From positions 310,001 through 374,000 of the forward strand of contig NC_092674.1 of the NCBI RefSeq assembly GCF_964355755.1: DNA of 64,000 bases. Direction: 5' to 3'. This DNA comes from Antedon mediterranea (Eukaryota; Animalia; Echinodermata). Of this stretch, positions 1 to 12,250 are shown one piece after another. The notes below the pieces were generated by a model, which did no database searches, had not been told where the DNA came from, and saw nothing but the letters and a program-made list of their open reading frames with translations. The position numbers and the translations under genes are program-made. Position 1 is the stretch's first letter; every line of letters starts with the position of its first letter.

Positions 1-433
1 TCTCTATTAATAGAGATATCTCTATTAATAGAGATATCTTAGTTTTTAATAGAGATATCTTAGTTTTTAATAGAGATATCTCTATTAATAGAGATATCTC
101 TATTAACTAAGATATCTCTATTAAAAACTAAGATATCTCTATTTAAAACTAAGATATCTTAGTTTTTAATAGAGATATCTCTATTAATAGAGATATCTCT
201 ATTAATAGAGATATCTCTATTTAAAACTAAGATATCTTAGTTTTTAATAGATATCTTAGTTTTTAATAGAGATATCTTAGTTTTAAATAGAGATATCTCT
301 GTTAATAGAGATATCTCTATTAATAGAGATATCTCTATTTAAAACTAAGATATCTCTATTTAAAACTAAGATATCTTTTTTAAAAACTAAGATATCTCTA
401 TTGCTTGAATAAATGGCAGCTTGGCGCGCCATA
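1..433. repeat. Palindromic AGATATCT-based tandem array (18-21 bp units in both orientations), probably the interior and right end of a MITE-like element running off the window start
   Basis: Repeated AGATATCT cores separated by CTATTAATAG, TAGTTTTTAATAG or CTATTTAAAACTA. The array stops near 400 and is followed by TAAATGGCAGCTTGGCGCGCCATA, a TIR-like end. Confidence 0.8.
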
Positions 434-723
434 CGCATTATCGTAACTATGGTTTTTGACTCAATTATTTCACACACGCTCAATTAAAATGCTGCCACGG
501 CCCAATGATTCCGGAGTAGTTTAAAGGTCAAACTTTTAATGTGTATAATAATATCAGCACCAGGCACTCAAGGCGTTTCATAGTACTGTACTCTCAAAGG
601 ATTAAATGATTTATAGCATGGAAGTGATCATGAAAACAAGGAGTTCAGCAAGTACGTACGTACTGCATATAACCATGGCGGATGATATAACAATTCCCGC
701 ATAATGCAAGAACTGTTTAAAGC

Positions 724-2591
724 ATGACTGTGTTGTGGAAATGTATTGTACCTTGTTTGTTTGTATCTTGTATTGTACTATTATATATAAGCTACTACGA
801 TGGCACTACTTACTGGGGAAAGTCAATTATAAGACGTAGACCAAATATTTGTGTTACCAATTGCCGACACCAACCAGGAATTGGCGTAAGTATGCCTGTG
901 ACTGTTTCGTCTATGATTAACAAACATTACCATGACTCACCGCAGAATAAGGAATTTCGATCTAATTACAGATCAAATTATAGACAAAGGGATTCCCTGA
1001 TAATGTTATTGGTATTATCCGTATTTTTCGCTCGCTGAGGCGCGGCGATCTAAACATGCTAATAATAGTTTATAGGCCATATTGCTTTCTAAAATGCCGC
1101 TAATTCTAATAATAGCTGAAGCCTATGGAAGTTATGGAACGCAAATTGTGGTGATAATAGGCATTATTTTAGGCCTACAGCACTAAATAAATGATACTGT
1201 AATTGAAACGCCGTGGCTGACGGTTCGGTTAGCCGTCGTGGGTATAGTCTGTAAAATACAAATATATTGTAGCAACAATAGTTGGATCTGAATCTTATTT
1301 AAAACTAAAGCCGAATTTCTACAGTAAAGCGAATTTGTTCGCGTGAATCGAAAGCGTCATCTTATACGCATGTGTAGAAAGGGATTTGGAAGGATGCGCA
1401 TGTGTAAGCTAAACATGTGGCATACAATAGAGTGACAATTGTGAAGAATTCCTCTAATTAGAGGATGGAAGTTATCTTGATATTCATGATCATCTCAAAC
1501 TTTGGACGATCACTAAAATAAACTTTTTTTTTCTATAGAAAGCTTTATCATGTTCTTTTCCGGTGCAAAAAATAGTTTTTGCAAAAACTCACAAGACAGC
1601 CAGTTCTACAGTAGCATCTATTATAGACAGATATGCCCTCAACCATCAATTGTCCGCGCCCGTCAGAGGTAACCTACTTGTCCACATTTCCAACTGTTTT
1701 CATTTTAAACACACCTTTATTTCGCCATCACATAAACTCGATATATTTAGTTCACATGTTCGTTATGATCATAAAGAGTTTGAATTAGCAATCCCTGGAG
1801 CGAAGCATGTTACAATCCTCAGAAATCCTATTGCACAATTTGAATCCGCATTTTCTTTCTTTAACGTTGCTAATCAGCTCAATATTTCAAATTTCACAAA
1901 TCCAATTGAAATATTTTTCGTCAAGCCTGATGAATACATCAACCACCGATTCTTTAGGTGGGAGACAGTGCATAATCATCAGTTATTTGACCTTGGATTT
2001 GATACCGCATTATCAAACAACACAGAACAAGTTGATTCCAAAATACAACAACTTTCAAATGACTTTGATTTCGTTATGATTACAGAATATTTTGATGAAT
2101 CTTTAATTTTACTTAAGCTCTTGCTATGTTGGGATTTTGATGATATCTTATATTTACCAAAAAACAAAAGAAGTTCTTCAAGCCGACATTATACATTATC
2201 GAACTCGACAATTGTAAATATTACAAGATGGAACGAAGCAGATATGAAATTATATAAACATTTTAATAATACATTTTGGAAAAAAGTAGATGAGTATGGA
2301 AATTATTTTCACGAACAATTACGCGAATTTAAAACTAGATTAAAAAGTATAAATGAAACGTGTATAACTGGTTCCAGGCAGGTAGAAAAGAAAAATCGTG
2401 GAGAAATATTATTTGAAGAATACGAACTGAACGATAACCTGTCATTTGATGATATTGGTGTTTGTAAAAGTCTGTTGCAAGAACATTCAGACTTGTTAAA
2501 ACTTATTAGAAAAGAAATGATAAAGGAAGGAAAGATTAGGCCTACTGATGACAATATTAACAAAAGAAAGCAGAAATGGAAAATTTGTTAA
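724..2591 (+). CDS. Galactose-3-O-sulfotransferase family (GAL3ST / cerebroside sulfotransferase-like), 2 exons: 724-885, 1539-2591; about 404 aa
   Basis: Exon 1 encodes a type II signal anchor (CIVPCLFVSCIVLLYI). GTAAGT donor at 886 and TTCTATAG acceptor ending at 1538, both phase 0. PAPS-binding motifs VFAKTHKTASSTV and TILRNPIAQFESAF, plus FDESLILLK..LCW and WNEADMKLY. Confidence 0.9.
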
Positions 2592-2764
2592 AATCAAGAT
2601 TTTGAAGCAAATGAACATTATGTCACTGAAGACTAAAATAAATAAGTCATTTAAAAGATTTTATCTTAACACTTTTTGCCATACAAGCTCGACTGCTAAC
2701 CCTTTTTATTCACCTTCAAATTACGTAACTCCTTGTGTGTCTTTAGATTCACCAATTGTTATAA

Positions 2765-3770
2765 CTAGATGGTACGCGAGTCGTGCCCACAACAGATAGT
2801 TCTCGAATACACAGTAATTTCAGCGTAAAAAAATGCTTTTTTTTTAATGTACGTACTGCAGGACGATAATAGTTATTGTCGTTTACAGAAATGAATAAAT
2901 AGACACGATGATTTATGTATTAAACTGAAATTAGCACACTGGAAATTACTTCCGAAAGAGAAACTTGTCACAAAATGAGTCCAAATTTGTTATTTGGACG
3001 CATTTAAACAAACCCAATTTGTGTTTTGTGTGTAACATTAGGGTTGAGGGATGGGGAAGAGGATATGGGTACAAAGAAGAGCAATGTTTTAATATATTCT
3101 TTATCTACTCAGTAACGAAATATGTTTTTCATGTTTGATAGGCCTATAAATAATATACCACTTGATACAGTAACACATTTGCAATTTAATACTTTGTTAA
3201 AACTTCACTGTTAATGTTATAGTCGATTGAAATAGCATGTACATGTAACGATACACGTACCACTAAAACGTTTATATCTTTGTAATTACAAACGTTGAGA
3301 AGCAACTGTCAGTAGTACAGTTTATTTGTACAGTATATTGCTTCGCTCGCGTACCATCTAGGTCGTGCCCACAGATGGTTCTCGAATACACAGTCATTTC
3401 AGCGTAAAAAAATGCTTTTTTTTTTTAATGTACGTACTGCAGTATGGGCGGCCATTAGGGCCAAAATAGACAAACGTTCCCGTACGAACAATTCCGCTCG
3501 TAGTTTACAGAAACGAATAAATAGACACGATGATTTATGTATTAAACTAAAATTAGCACACTTGGAATTACTTCCGAAAGAGAAACTTGTCACAAAATGA
3601 GTCCAGATTTGTTATTTGGACTCATACTTTGTTAAAACTGTCATAGTCGATTGAAATAGCATAGTACATGTAGTACACGTACCACTACAACGTTTATATT
3701 CTTTGTAATTATTAATTAATACAAACGTTGAGAAGCAACTGTCAGTACTACAGTTTATTTGTATATTGTA
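2765..3770. repeat. Diverged direct duplication (about 2779-3340 and 3362-3770) with a 16-bp inverted repeat; probable TE remnant
   Basis: GTCGTGCCCAC...CTCGAATACACAGT...TTCCGAAAGAGAAACTTGTCACAAAATGAGTCC...AAACGTTGAGAAGCAACTGTCAGTA occurs twice with internal deletions. CTAGATGGTACGCGAG (2765) is the reverse complement of CTCGCGTACCATCTAG (3346). Confidence 0.75.
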
Positions 3771-4567
3771 CGTTCTATATAACAGTAGGGCCTACTCACA
3801 CTCACAGTAATACGTTTATTTGTGCATGATTGTGTTATACATCTAACAGTACCCACACTCACAGTAAATTCAATGGCGACCACAAATGTTAATACGTATT
3901 TACAGTAATGTCCAAGTATTGCAATACTATATCTATATATAGGTTTTAGGTTAATTCCCCAAGGGCCAACAAATTTACCTTCAGCTGGTGGTACTTGTGT
4001 TAAAGCAAAGAGTTATATTGGAAAGTTCCATTCATCGGAAATCAATACATTTGTATAAACGTATATTAAATCTATCAAAACAGTATGTTTTTAAGAAAAT
4101 AGGTCTGTCTTCAACATTATGATGCTGTACTCGAGCTGTTCAACCGGTTTTCAGCCATTAAAAACAATTATCGTAGGAGGAGATAGGAAAATGCGAAGCA
4201 TCCTCGTATTATTGTATGCGGGTATTTTTCAAGATAGACATGCATTGGACAGTGTATACCACGATCGGAAAACACCCCTATTTGGGGCAAATCGTTGAAC
4301 CTAAATTCGTTTTAATTGTCAATAACTAATTATCTAACTCAATTTAATTAGTAAACAGGGTTACATCAGGTGGTTAAAATCAGTATCGAAAGTACGAACC
4401 AACTTTATATACCATCGAGTAAACATTCTAGAAGTAAGGCCCGATTTACCGAATTTTGCCCTTACGTAAATTTATATATGTAGATGCATAAAAAAACTGT
4501 GAAACATTCCATTGTATTATTCTAAGTAAGCCTGATTATAGGCTTGAACAACTTCAGTTGACTTTTA

Positions 4568-6614
4568 TTGTCCCGTTTCTACGTTTACTACACAGCAGGC
4601 CTGCAATATTTCTCCTGGGTCTACGTTTACTACAGCAGGCCTACAGTATTTGTCCCGTGTCTACGTTTACTACAGCAGGCCTACAGTATTTGTCCCGTGT
4701 CTACGTTTACTACAGCAGGCCTACAGTATTTGTCCCGTTTCTACGTTTACTACAGCAGGCCTACAGTATTTGTCCCGTGTCTACGTTTACTACAGCAGGC
4801 CTGCAGTATTTGTTCCGTGTCTACGTTTACTACAGCAGGCCTACAGTATTTGTCCCGTTTCTACGTTTACTACAGCAGGCCTACAGTATTTGTCCCGTGT
4901 CTACGTTTACTACAGCAGGCCTGCAGTATTTGTTCCGTGTCTACGTTTACTACAGCAGGCCTACAGTATTTGTTCCGTGTCTACGTTTACTACAGCAGGC
5001 CTGCAGTATTTGTTCCGTGTCTACGTTTACTACAGCAGGCCTACAGTATTTGTCCCGTGTCTACGTTTACTACAGCAGGCCTGCAGTATTTGTTCCGTGT
5101 CTACGTTTACTACAGCAGGCCTACAGTATTTGTCCCGTGTCTACGTTTACTACAGCAGGCCTGCAGTATTTGTCCCGTGTCTACGTTTACTACAGCAGGC
5201 CTACAGTATTTGTTCCGTGTCTACGTTTACTACAGCAGGCCTGCAGTATTTGTTCCGTGTCTACGTTTACTACAGCAGGCCTACAGTATTTGTTCCGTGT
5301 CTACGTTTACTACAGCAGGCCTGCAGTATTTGTTCCGTGTCTACGTTTACTACAGCAGGCCTACAGTATTTGTCCCGTGTCTACGTTTACTACAGCAGGC
5401 CTGCAGTATTTGTTCCGTGTCTACGTTTACTACAGCAGGCCTACAGTATTTGTCCCGTGTCTACGTTTACTACAGCAGGCCTGCAGTATTTGTTCCGTGT
5501 CTACGTTTACTACAGCAGGCCTACAGTATTTGTTCCGTGTCTACGTTTACTACAGCAGGCCTGCAGTATTTGTTCCGTGTCTACGTTTACTACAGCAGGC
5601 CTACAGTATTTGTTCCGTGTCTACGTTTACTACAGCAGGCCTGCAGTATTTGTTCCGTGTCTACGTTTACTACAGCAGGCCTACAGTATTTGTCCCGTTT
5701 CTACGTTTACTACACAGCAGGCCTGCAATATTTCTCCTGGGTCTACGTTTACTACAGCAGGCCTACAGTATTTGTCCCGTGTCTACGTTTACTACAGCAG
5801 GCCTACAGTATTTGTCCCGTTTCTACGTTTACTACAGCAGGCCTACAGTATTTGTCCCGTGTCTACGTTTACTACAGCAGGCCTGCAGTATTTGTTCCGT
5901 GTCTACGTTTACTACAGCAGGCCTACAGTATTTGTCCCGTTTCTACGTTTACTACAGCAGGCCTACAGTATTTGTCCCGTGTCTACGTTTACTACAGCAG
6001 GCCTGCAGTATTTGTTCCGTGTCTACGTTTACTACAGCAGGCCTACAGTATTTGTTCCGTGTCTACGTTTACTACAGCAGGCCTGCAGTATTTGTTCCGT
6101 GTCTACGTTTACTACAGCAGGCCTACAGTATTTGTCCCGTGTCTACGTTTACTACAGCAGGCCTGCAGTATTTGTTCCGTGTCTACGTTTACTACAGCAG
6201 GCCTGCAGTATTTGTTCCGTGTCTACGTTTACTACAGCAGGCCTACAGTATTTGTTCCGTGTCTACGTTTACTACAGCAGGCCTGCAGTATTTGTTCCGT
6301 GTCTACGTTTACTACAGCAGGCCTACAGTATTTGTCCCGTGTCTACGTTTACTACAGCAGGCCTGCAGTATTTGTTCCGTGTCTACGTTTACTACAGCAG
6401 GCCTACAGTATTTGTTCCGTGTCTACGTTTACTACAGCAGGCCTACAGTATTTGTTCCGTGTCTACGTTTACTACAGCAGGCCTACAGTATTTGTCCCGT
6501 GTCTACGTTTACTACAGCAGGCCTACAGTATTTGTTCCGTGTCTACGTTTACTACAGCAGGCCTGCAGTATTTGTTCCGTTTCTACGTTTACTACAGCAG
6601 GCCTACAGTATTTG
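4568..6614. repeat. 40-bp minisatellite, about 51 copies
   Basis: Unit CTACGTTTACTACAGCAGGCCT(A/G)CAGTATTTGT(C/T)CCGT(G/T)T, read directly. Confidence 0.98.
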
Positions 6615-7036
6615 TAACCATAAATCATTTTACTATAAAGGTAAGAACAACATTATACTAGTTGAATGTAATTTAAAATAAACGATTGGCTATAATTGTT
6701 AGACTTTCAGTTAGAAATGACTACGATACGAACTTGCTTATATCTGTTTTATACTAGTAGCAACGTATCCTACCTATTGTACAATCATGGAGTGATTATC
6801 TCTTCCTCGATTCAATCATAAGCGCGCCCAGCCATTTCCACTAACATTTAGTTCGATAGGCTTATGAGGCTAATAACCGCTAATTGATAGATTCTTACCA
6901 AATACATTATACAAGAAATGGTATATTATGGCCAACAAAAATGAAATAAGTACATATTAAGTTGATGTTTATATCCATATTTTAGCCAATCCTCTTTCAA
7001 TCCTTTTTCTAGTATTATCTGTGAGCAAGAGGTTCA

Positions 7037-9228
7037 ATGAACTGTTTCAGAAGACAAACGGTAACTTTGAATTTTCGTAATATTATTCATCTTATGATTA
7101 TTATTATATTAAAACAAATCGATCTATAATAATATACCTAATACTGATTATTACAAATACACTGATCCTCTTTCTGTGTTGTCTTACAGGTAGGAATCGG
7201 AAGGAGGAGGTTGTTAATGTTTTATGTTTCCATTTGTTCACTTGCTTGCTCTACCGTCGTTTGGTTTCTTCATACACCAACCGTTTCTCCAGATTCACCA
7301 TTGAAATTAAGTAATCGGTATTACACAATGTTTCATTATTAAGAAAACACGATCTATTCTAATGAGTATAAAAAGATAGGTATTCATTATTTAAAGAACT
7401 CTCAACTAATTGACTCTTATTGTATAGGAAATTCGAATACTATCTTGGTGATCTTGTTTCGCCTACGAGTGTGCAACCGTCAGTGTCTATACTCATGTCT
7501 ATATCTGTACATTGTACATTGATATTCGTGGTTAATAATTACTGTAAATCCTGTTTTGTTCCATTACCGTAAATTAAAGAAGATTAAATAACTATTTTTA
7601 TTTTGTTGACATGTCATAGATATCTTTCACAAGCCACGGCCATACACAATACGTTTGATAAGATAATAAAGAAAGAAAAGACGTCGAAAACAAGATACAG
7701 TAAGCTAATTAGTTCATAGATTTTGTATTATTATCATTAAACCACATGGAAAAAAATATAGATGATACGAAAATAGAAATAAATAAGTATATGCCCACTT
7801 TGGTCAATAATCACTCAGATTGGAGAAGTCTTGTTAAGTTCGCTAAAGACGTTCAGTGTTCGTGATGGGGATGATTAGATTAGATCAGATTATTCTGATA
7901 TTTATTATCGATGTGTTGAAGAACGTAAGACAGTGTGTATAACCGGATTCAATTGCATTTTTTTATTCATAGGTTTGGGAATAATCCAAGACATACTGTG
8001 AAAATGAGCACCTACTTGCATGATGCGTTAGATAACTTTATTAATCAAAGAAACGTCGAAAAAATACAGTAAGATTGTATACAGCTATCAACTATAAATA
8101 CTACACTACTCTTCTTTGATTTTCATTACTTACATTTTGTGCCATTTATTTGTATCATTGTAAAATCAATAATACATTTATTCTAATGTTTATTTTCCAG
8201 GAAAAGTCTTCAGAAAAGAGGAATTACCGTCGAGCGACTTTTGACCGCTCTGAATGGACCTAATTTAAATGTAACAAAAACAATTACGAAATTCAATACT
8301 TGCGCTCTTGTAGGAAGCTCTGGTATACTGAGTAACAGTAGCTGTGGAAATGAAATAAATGCACACGATTTAATAATTCGAGAAAATGGAGCGGAATTGG
8401 ATGGATTCGAAGAAGATGTTGGAGATCGAACAGATATGATGAGTTTCAATACAATGTCATGTATCTATTTAGCACATTGCCTCCGAGAGACTAAAAAACA
8501 GAAAGGAGGGACACCACCGACCTGCTATAAAAGATATATAAATCATGTGAATCAACTTAGGAACGCTATAATACTGTTTCCATTAGTTGGACATATTGAA
8601 AGAGAAGATCGACAAAAACAGGTGGATATATGCTTGGAGATAATTAAAGAAGAACAAGTTCCATTAGATCTGAGAGCTCCAGATTTCAATACAACGCAGT
8701 TTGTCATGGAGTAAAGTAACATTGTTTTATTTAATGCTAATTAATTATCTATTGTTTTATCGGCTTACGTTGATGAGCAACAACATCACTACGGTCCATT
8801 CAACTTTAACAGTATGATTTATATTTATACTAGTATATATTTTAAATTTAAATGAAATATTATTTATTATATCAATACGACAACAATAGAATACTGATAT
8901 TAATAGTCTTTGCACAACTTGTGCAGATTTTGAAATAATATTTCTGTCTATCTTTTTCTTTAGTTTGATGGGACAATCCAGAGAACCTTCAGCTGGTATA
9001 CGTATGTTGGCATTTTCTTTCACATTCTGCCGTCAAATATCACTGTATGGATTTTACCCATTCACAACACTTCCAAACGGAAAGCCAGTCAATTACCATT
9101 ATTTTGATGATGGATTCACTGGTAATGTAATACACAATATGACAGAAGAATTTCAAATCCTTACAAAACTCAATAGTGATCATACAATACGACTTGTTTC
9201 TGACAAATGTACGCGGGAAATGGTCTGA
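7037..9228 (+). CDS. Alpha-2,8-sialyltransferase-like (GT29, ST8Sia family); proposed exons 7037-7060, 7190-7317, 7428-7478, 7973-8068, 8201-8710, 8964-9228; about 357 aa
   Basis: Sialylmotif L (CALVGSSGILSNSSCGNEINAHDLIIR...FEEDVGDRT), S (PSAGIRMLAFSFTFCRQISLYGFYPF), III (HYFD), VS (HNMTEE) and an ST8-type C-terminal Cys. Signal anchor LLMFYVSICSLACSTVVWFL. Splice phases are consistent; the small 5' exons are less certain than the last two. Confidence 0.85.
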
Positions 9229-9523
9229 TAATAATGTTTCAACACTACAATCTATATACAAAACTAATTAATTCATTAACTTAAACTATAATGTTAAGAT
9301 TATTCTAATAACACGCAGCCTCATTGTCAATACAAGATTAATATCGAACTTTATACAACTATCATAACATATGCAAGAACGACACGAATCAAAAGTTCTT
9401 GGTGACGTACAGAGTTAGTAGGTTTCACGATGTAGTTTTCGAATACTGTACCTCTATAATAAAAACGTATTTAATCTATATTAATCTCTTTTTGTTTTTA
9501 TATTTTTATCCTGTTTTGTTATT

Positions 9524-11236
9524 CTAGTTAACAGCTAAATATTTATTCTCAGAAATTCCAAACTTTGTTTTGTAATCATCAAATAATGTCTGAAGTGCTT
9601 TGCAGTATACGTCGTGTAGGGAGTCTATTGCTTCTTGGCTAGGATTTTCTGTCTTTTCAACATCTATGGGTTTTCCGACTGTGGAAAGAATAAAACGAAT
9701 AATTGATAAGAGTATATAGGCCCTATCGTACGTTGTGATTAAGTCTGCATAGTGTAGACAAAGTGAGTGATTTAGCATCATATAACGAAATTTGTTTGTT
9801 AGAAATATCGATGAGATTATTTTAAGAAATTAAAATGGACGTTAGTTATGTGAAATGAAATGTAAATGAAAATTAAATTTACTTATGAAAACAATAACTA
9901 AATCCAATTTTCCGTTATATGCTACAGTACAATCATTTTTTTATAATTTCATTTTACTTACCCACAGTATTAATTGATTTACGATGTGGTACTATACCGA
10001 ATGTGTAGTTAAATATACCTCTCCCGTAAAATGGAGTTAACGGGTAACCATTGACAACCTTTAGTTTCGTCTGAAGCCATCTGAGCTTCGAACCTTTTGG
10101 ATTCGGCACTTGGTTAAACATGTCTGTCTCACCGAATGAGTAGATTGGAACAAGTTGAGATCTATACAAATAAATGAGTTTGAGCCAAAGCATTCATCTT
10201 TAAAATATTTGTTTATTTTAAAAGCGTATTCCCATTTGCATTATGAAGTTATTATTCTTTGGGAGAAGAGTATTTGAACGTAAAAATGTAATACCGCAAT
10301 TTTAAGTAAGCACAAACAATGATGTGCACGTGATACTTACCCAGTTTCTAGTGCTTTCTTGATAAACCCTTTCCTCGTCTTCAGATGAACTGTGTACTGG
10401 TCAGGGTGTGCTTCTAGCATTTCAATTGCTCCACCTACTACTATGACTACCATGTTGCCTTTACCCTGATCATTAAGTAGGTAGTTCACACTTTCTTTGC
10501 TGACGTCACATGCACCTTCATGTAATACAGACAACTTCATGATTTAATATGAAAGATGTCCGTTTCAGATAGGGCCTAAATACATTTTTTTATAACTAGT
10601 AATAAAATGTGTGTGGAGATTGCAATAAGCCAGACCCTACTTATACATTGTTGCAAATTTCAATTTAAAAAAAAAGAGTTTATTTTGAAAATAATAACAG
10701 GTCTAGAGCTGTGTTTTCTATTTATAGGATTGTATTGTGATTTACCCACCTGATAACATAATATAATCTCTATAGATTGGGAAAAAGAACTGTCCTCTGA
10801 GTGTGAGCAAAGACGATCGTATGCCTGGAAACAATTTCTTAAACCCAGTTGCTTCAGACGCAAAATTCGTAAAAGCACCAACTGCAAATATTCCATGAGG
10901 ATGAAAACCAGCAACGTAATTTTTTGACGGATCAAGATCTTCAGATTTGTGTAATCTCATTGGAAAATAATCGGCAAGCCCTTTGAAAACTGACAAGCTT
11001 CTGAAATAGTCTGAGCGGCGTCCGCCTCGTTGTGGTGTTTGACGATCATACCATGTCCAACTGTAGAGGAGGATAGTTATCCAGTAGTACTTGGTGAATA
11101 ACAGATAAGTGGTTATGATCACGATCGTAGGACCCAATAGTAAGAACTGCATAAACCATATGAACATACAAAATGTCTGGAACCGCCGTTTAAGTGGGAG
11201 TAGAAATGGAGCAAACTCAATTCCAAGAAGTTTCAT
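9524..11236 (-). CDS. DGAT2/MOGAT family acyltransferase, copy 1; exons 11236-10750, 10515-10341, 10161-9962, 9678-9524; about 338 aa
   Basis: YFP, FHPHG, VVGGA.E, RKGFIK.A, LVPIYSFGE, FYGRG and VGKPI motifs; GT-AG introns in phases 1, 2, 1. Confidence 0.93.
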
Positions 11237-12250
11237 CTGAAGTCAAAATAAAAAGTGATCAACGATTGTTTTAAACGGTTAACCATTTCAAACATAGAAA
11301 GCATAGTACGCCGATTTGGATAGATTTATATAATCTTACCTTTAATTTTCACCTAGTTAATTCAATCGTTCAATGGACAGCTCTCATCAACCAATGTCGT
11401 CGTTACACAATCACCCGAATTATCCAAATATCATAGCGTTAACATTGTTTGTATCATGTCTATGTCCTTATCAAGTCATTCATTAGCATGTTGGTATAAG
11501 GGTGAAATAGTCACACCACCCATTGGACTTTGATCGATCAAAGTGACCGCTCTCAAGGTGAATTCAGTCACAGTTAAATGATTTCTAGACATTCATAATC
11601 GGGAACTTTATTATAGATTTTGTTATTGATTCAAATCTGATTATATGTGTGTTGTTAATGTACACTTTTAACAAATTTCTTGTAAAAAAAAAGGGTAAAT
11701 TACTGGCAATCTGGACGCCAGTAAAGCATGATATATATCCAAACAACGATCTTTCACAATCATCTTTCAAATAAAGGTTAATATGAAGGTCATGTTGTTG
11801 AAAATATTATTCGTGATATTGTGTTTGCTCGGTTGATAATGATATCATTTGAAGTTTGTTCAACAAGCGGAGGAAGTAGAGACTGTATAGCAAATACGTT
11901 GGATTCTTTTAAGTTGAAAAAGTTATTCCTACACAATTTATTATTGTCCAGTGACAAACTTAGACCTAAAGAAATAATTTCAGTATGTTTTAAATCAATT
12001 ATTCTTATATCTATATATAGATATATGCAATCAAGATGATTCGAGTACTGTACATTTTATAAGTATGTAACGCCTCCTGCACTTGTACCTATTATGAGCA
12101 CCTTAATTTATTATTATCATTTATAAAATGTCTTTAGAATTTGCAAGAAGAATTTATTCTACGATGATTTTCCCTGAAATATGCGTTTACAAAATACTTC
12201 TAACTACACATGCTTATCATTCAAGTTTGTTTCCAAGTTTTTTTAAGTTG

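Noticed and set aside
3399-3600. Short ORFs on both strands
   Set aside because: Inside a duplicated repeat whose other copy has a deletion through the same region.
4568-6614. CRISPR-like regular array
   Set aside because: Units are contiguous with no unique spacers, there are no cas genes, and the context is eukaryotic.
4558-6681. Three overlapping 655-707 aa ORFs
   Set aside because: Translations of a stop-free 40-bp minisatellite; the same peptide cycles through all frames, with no ATG start or domain.
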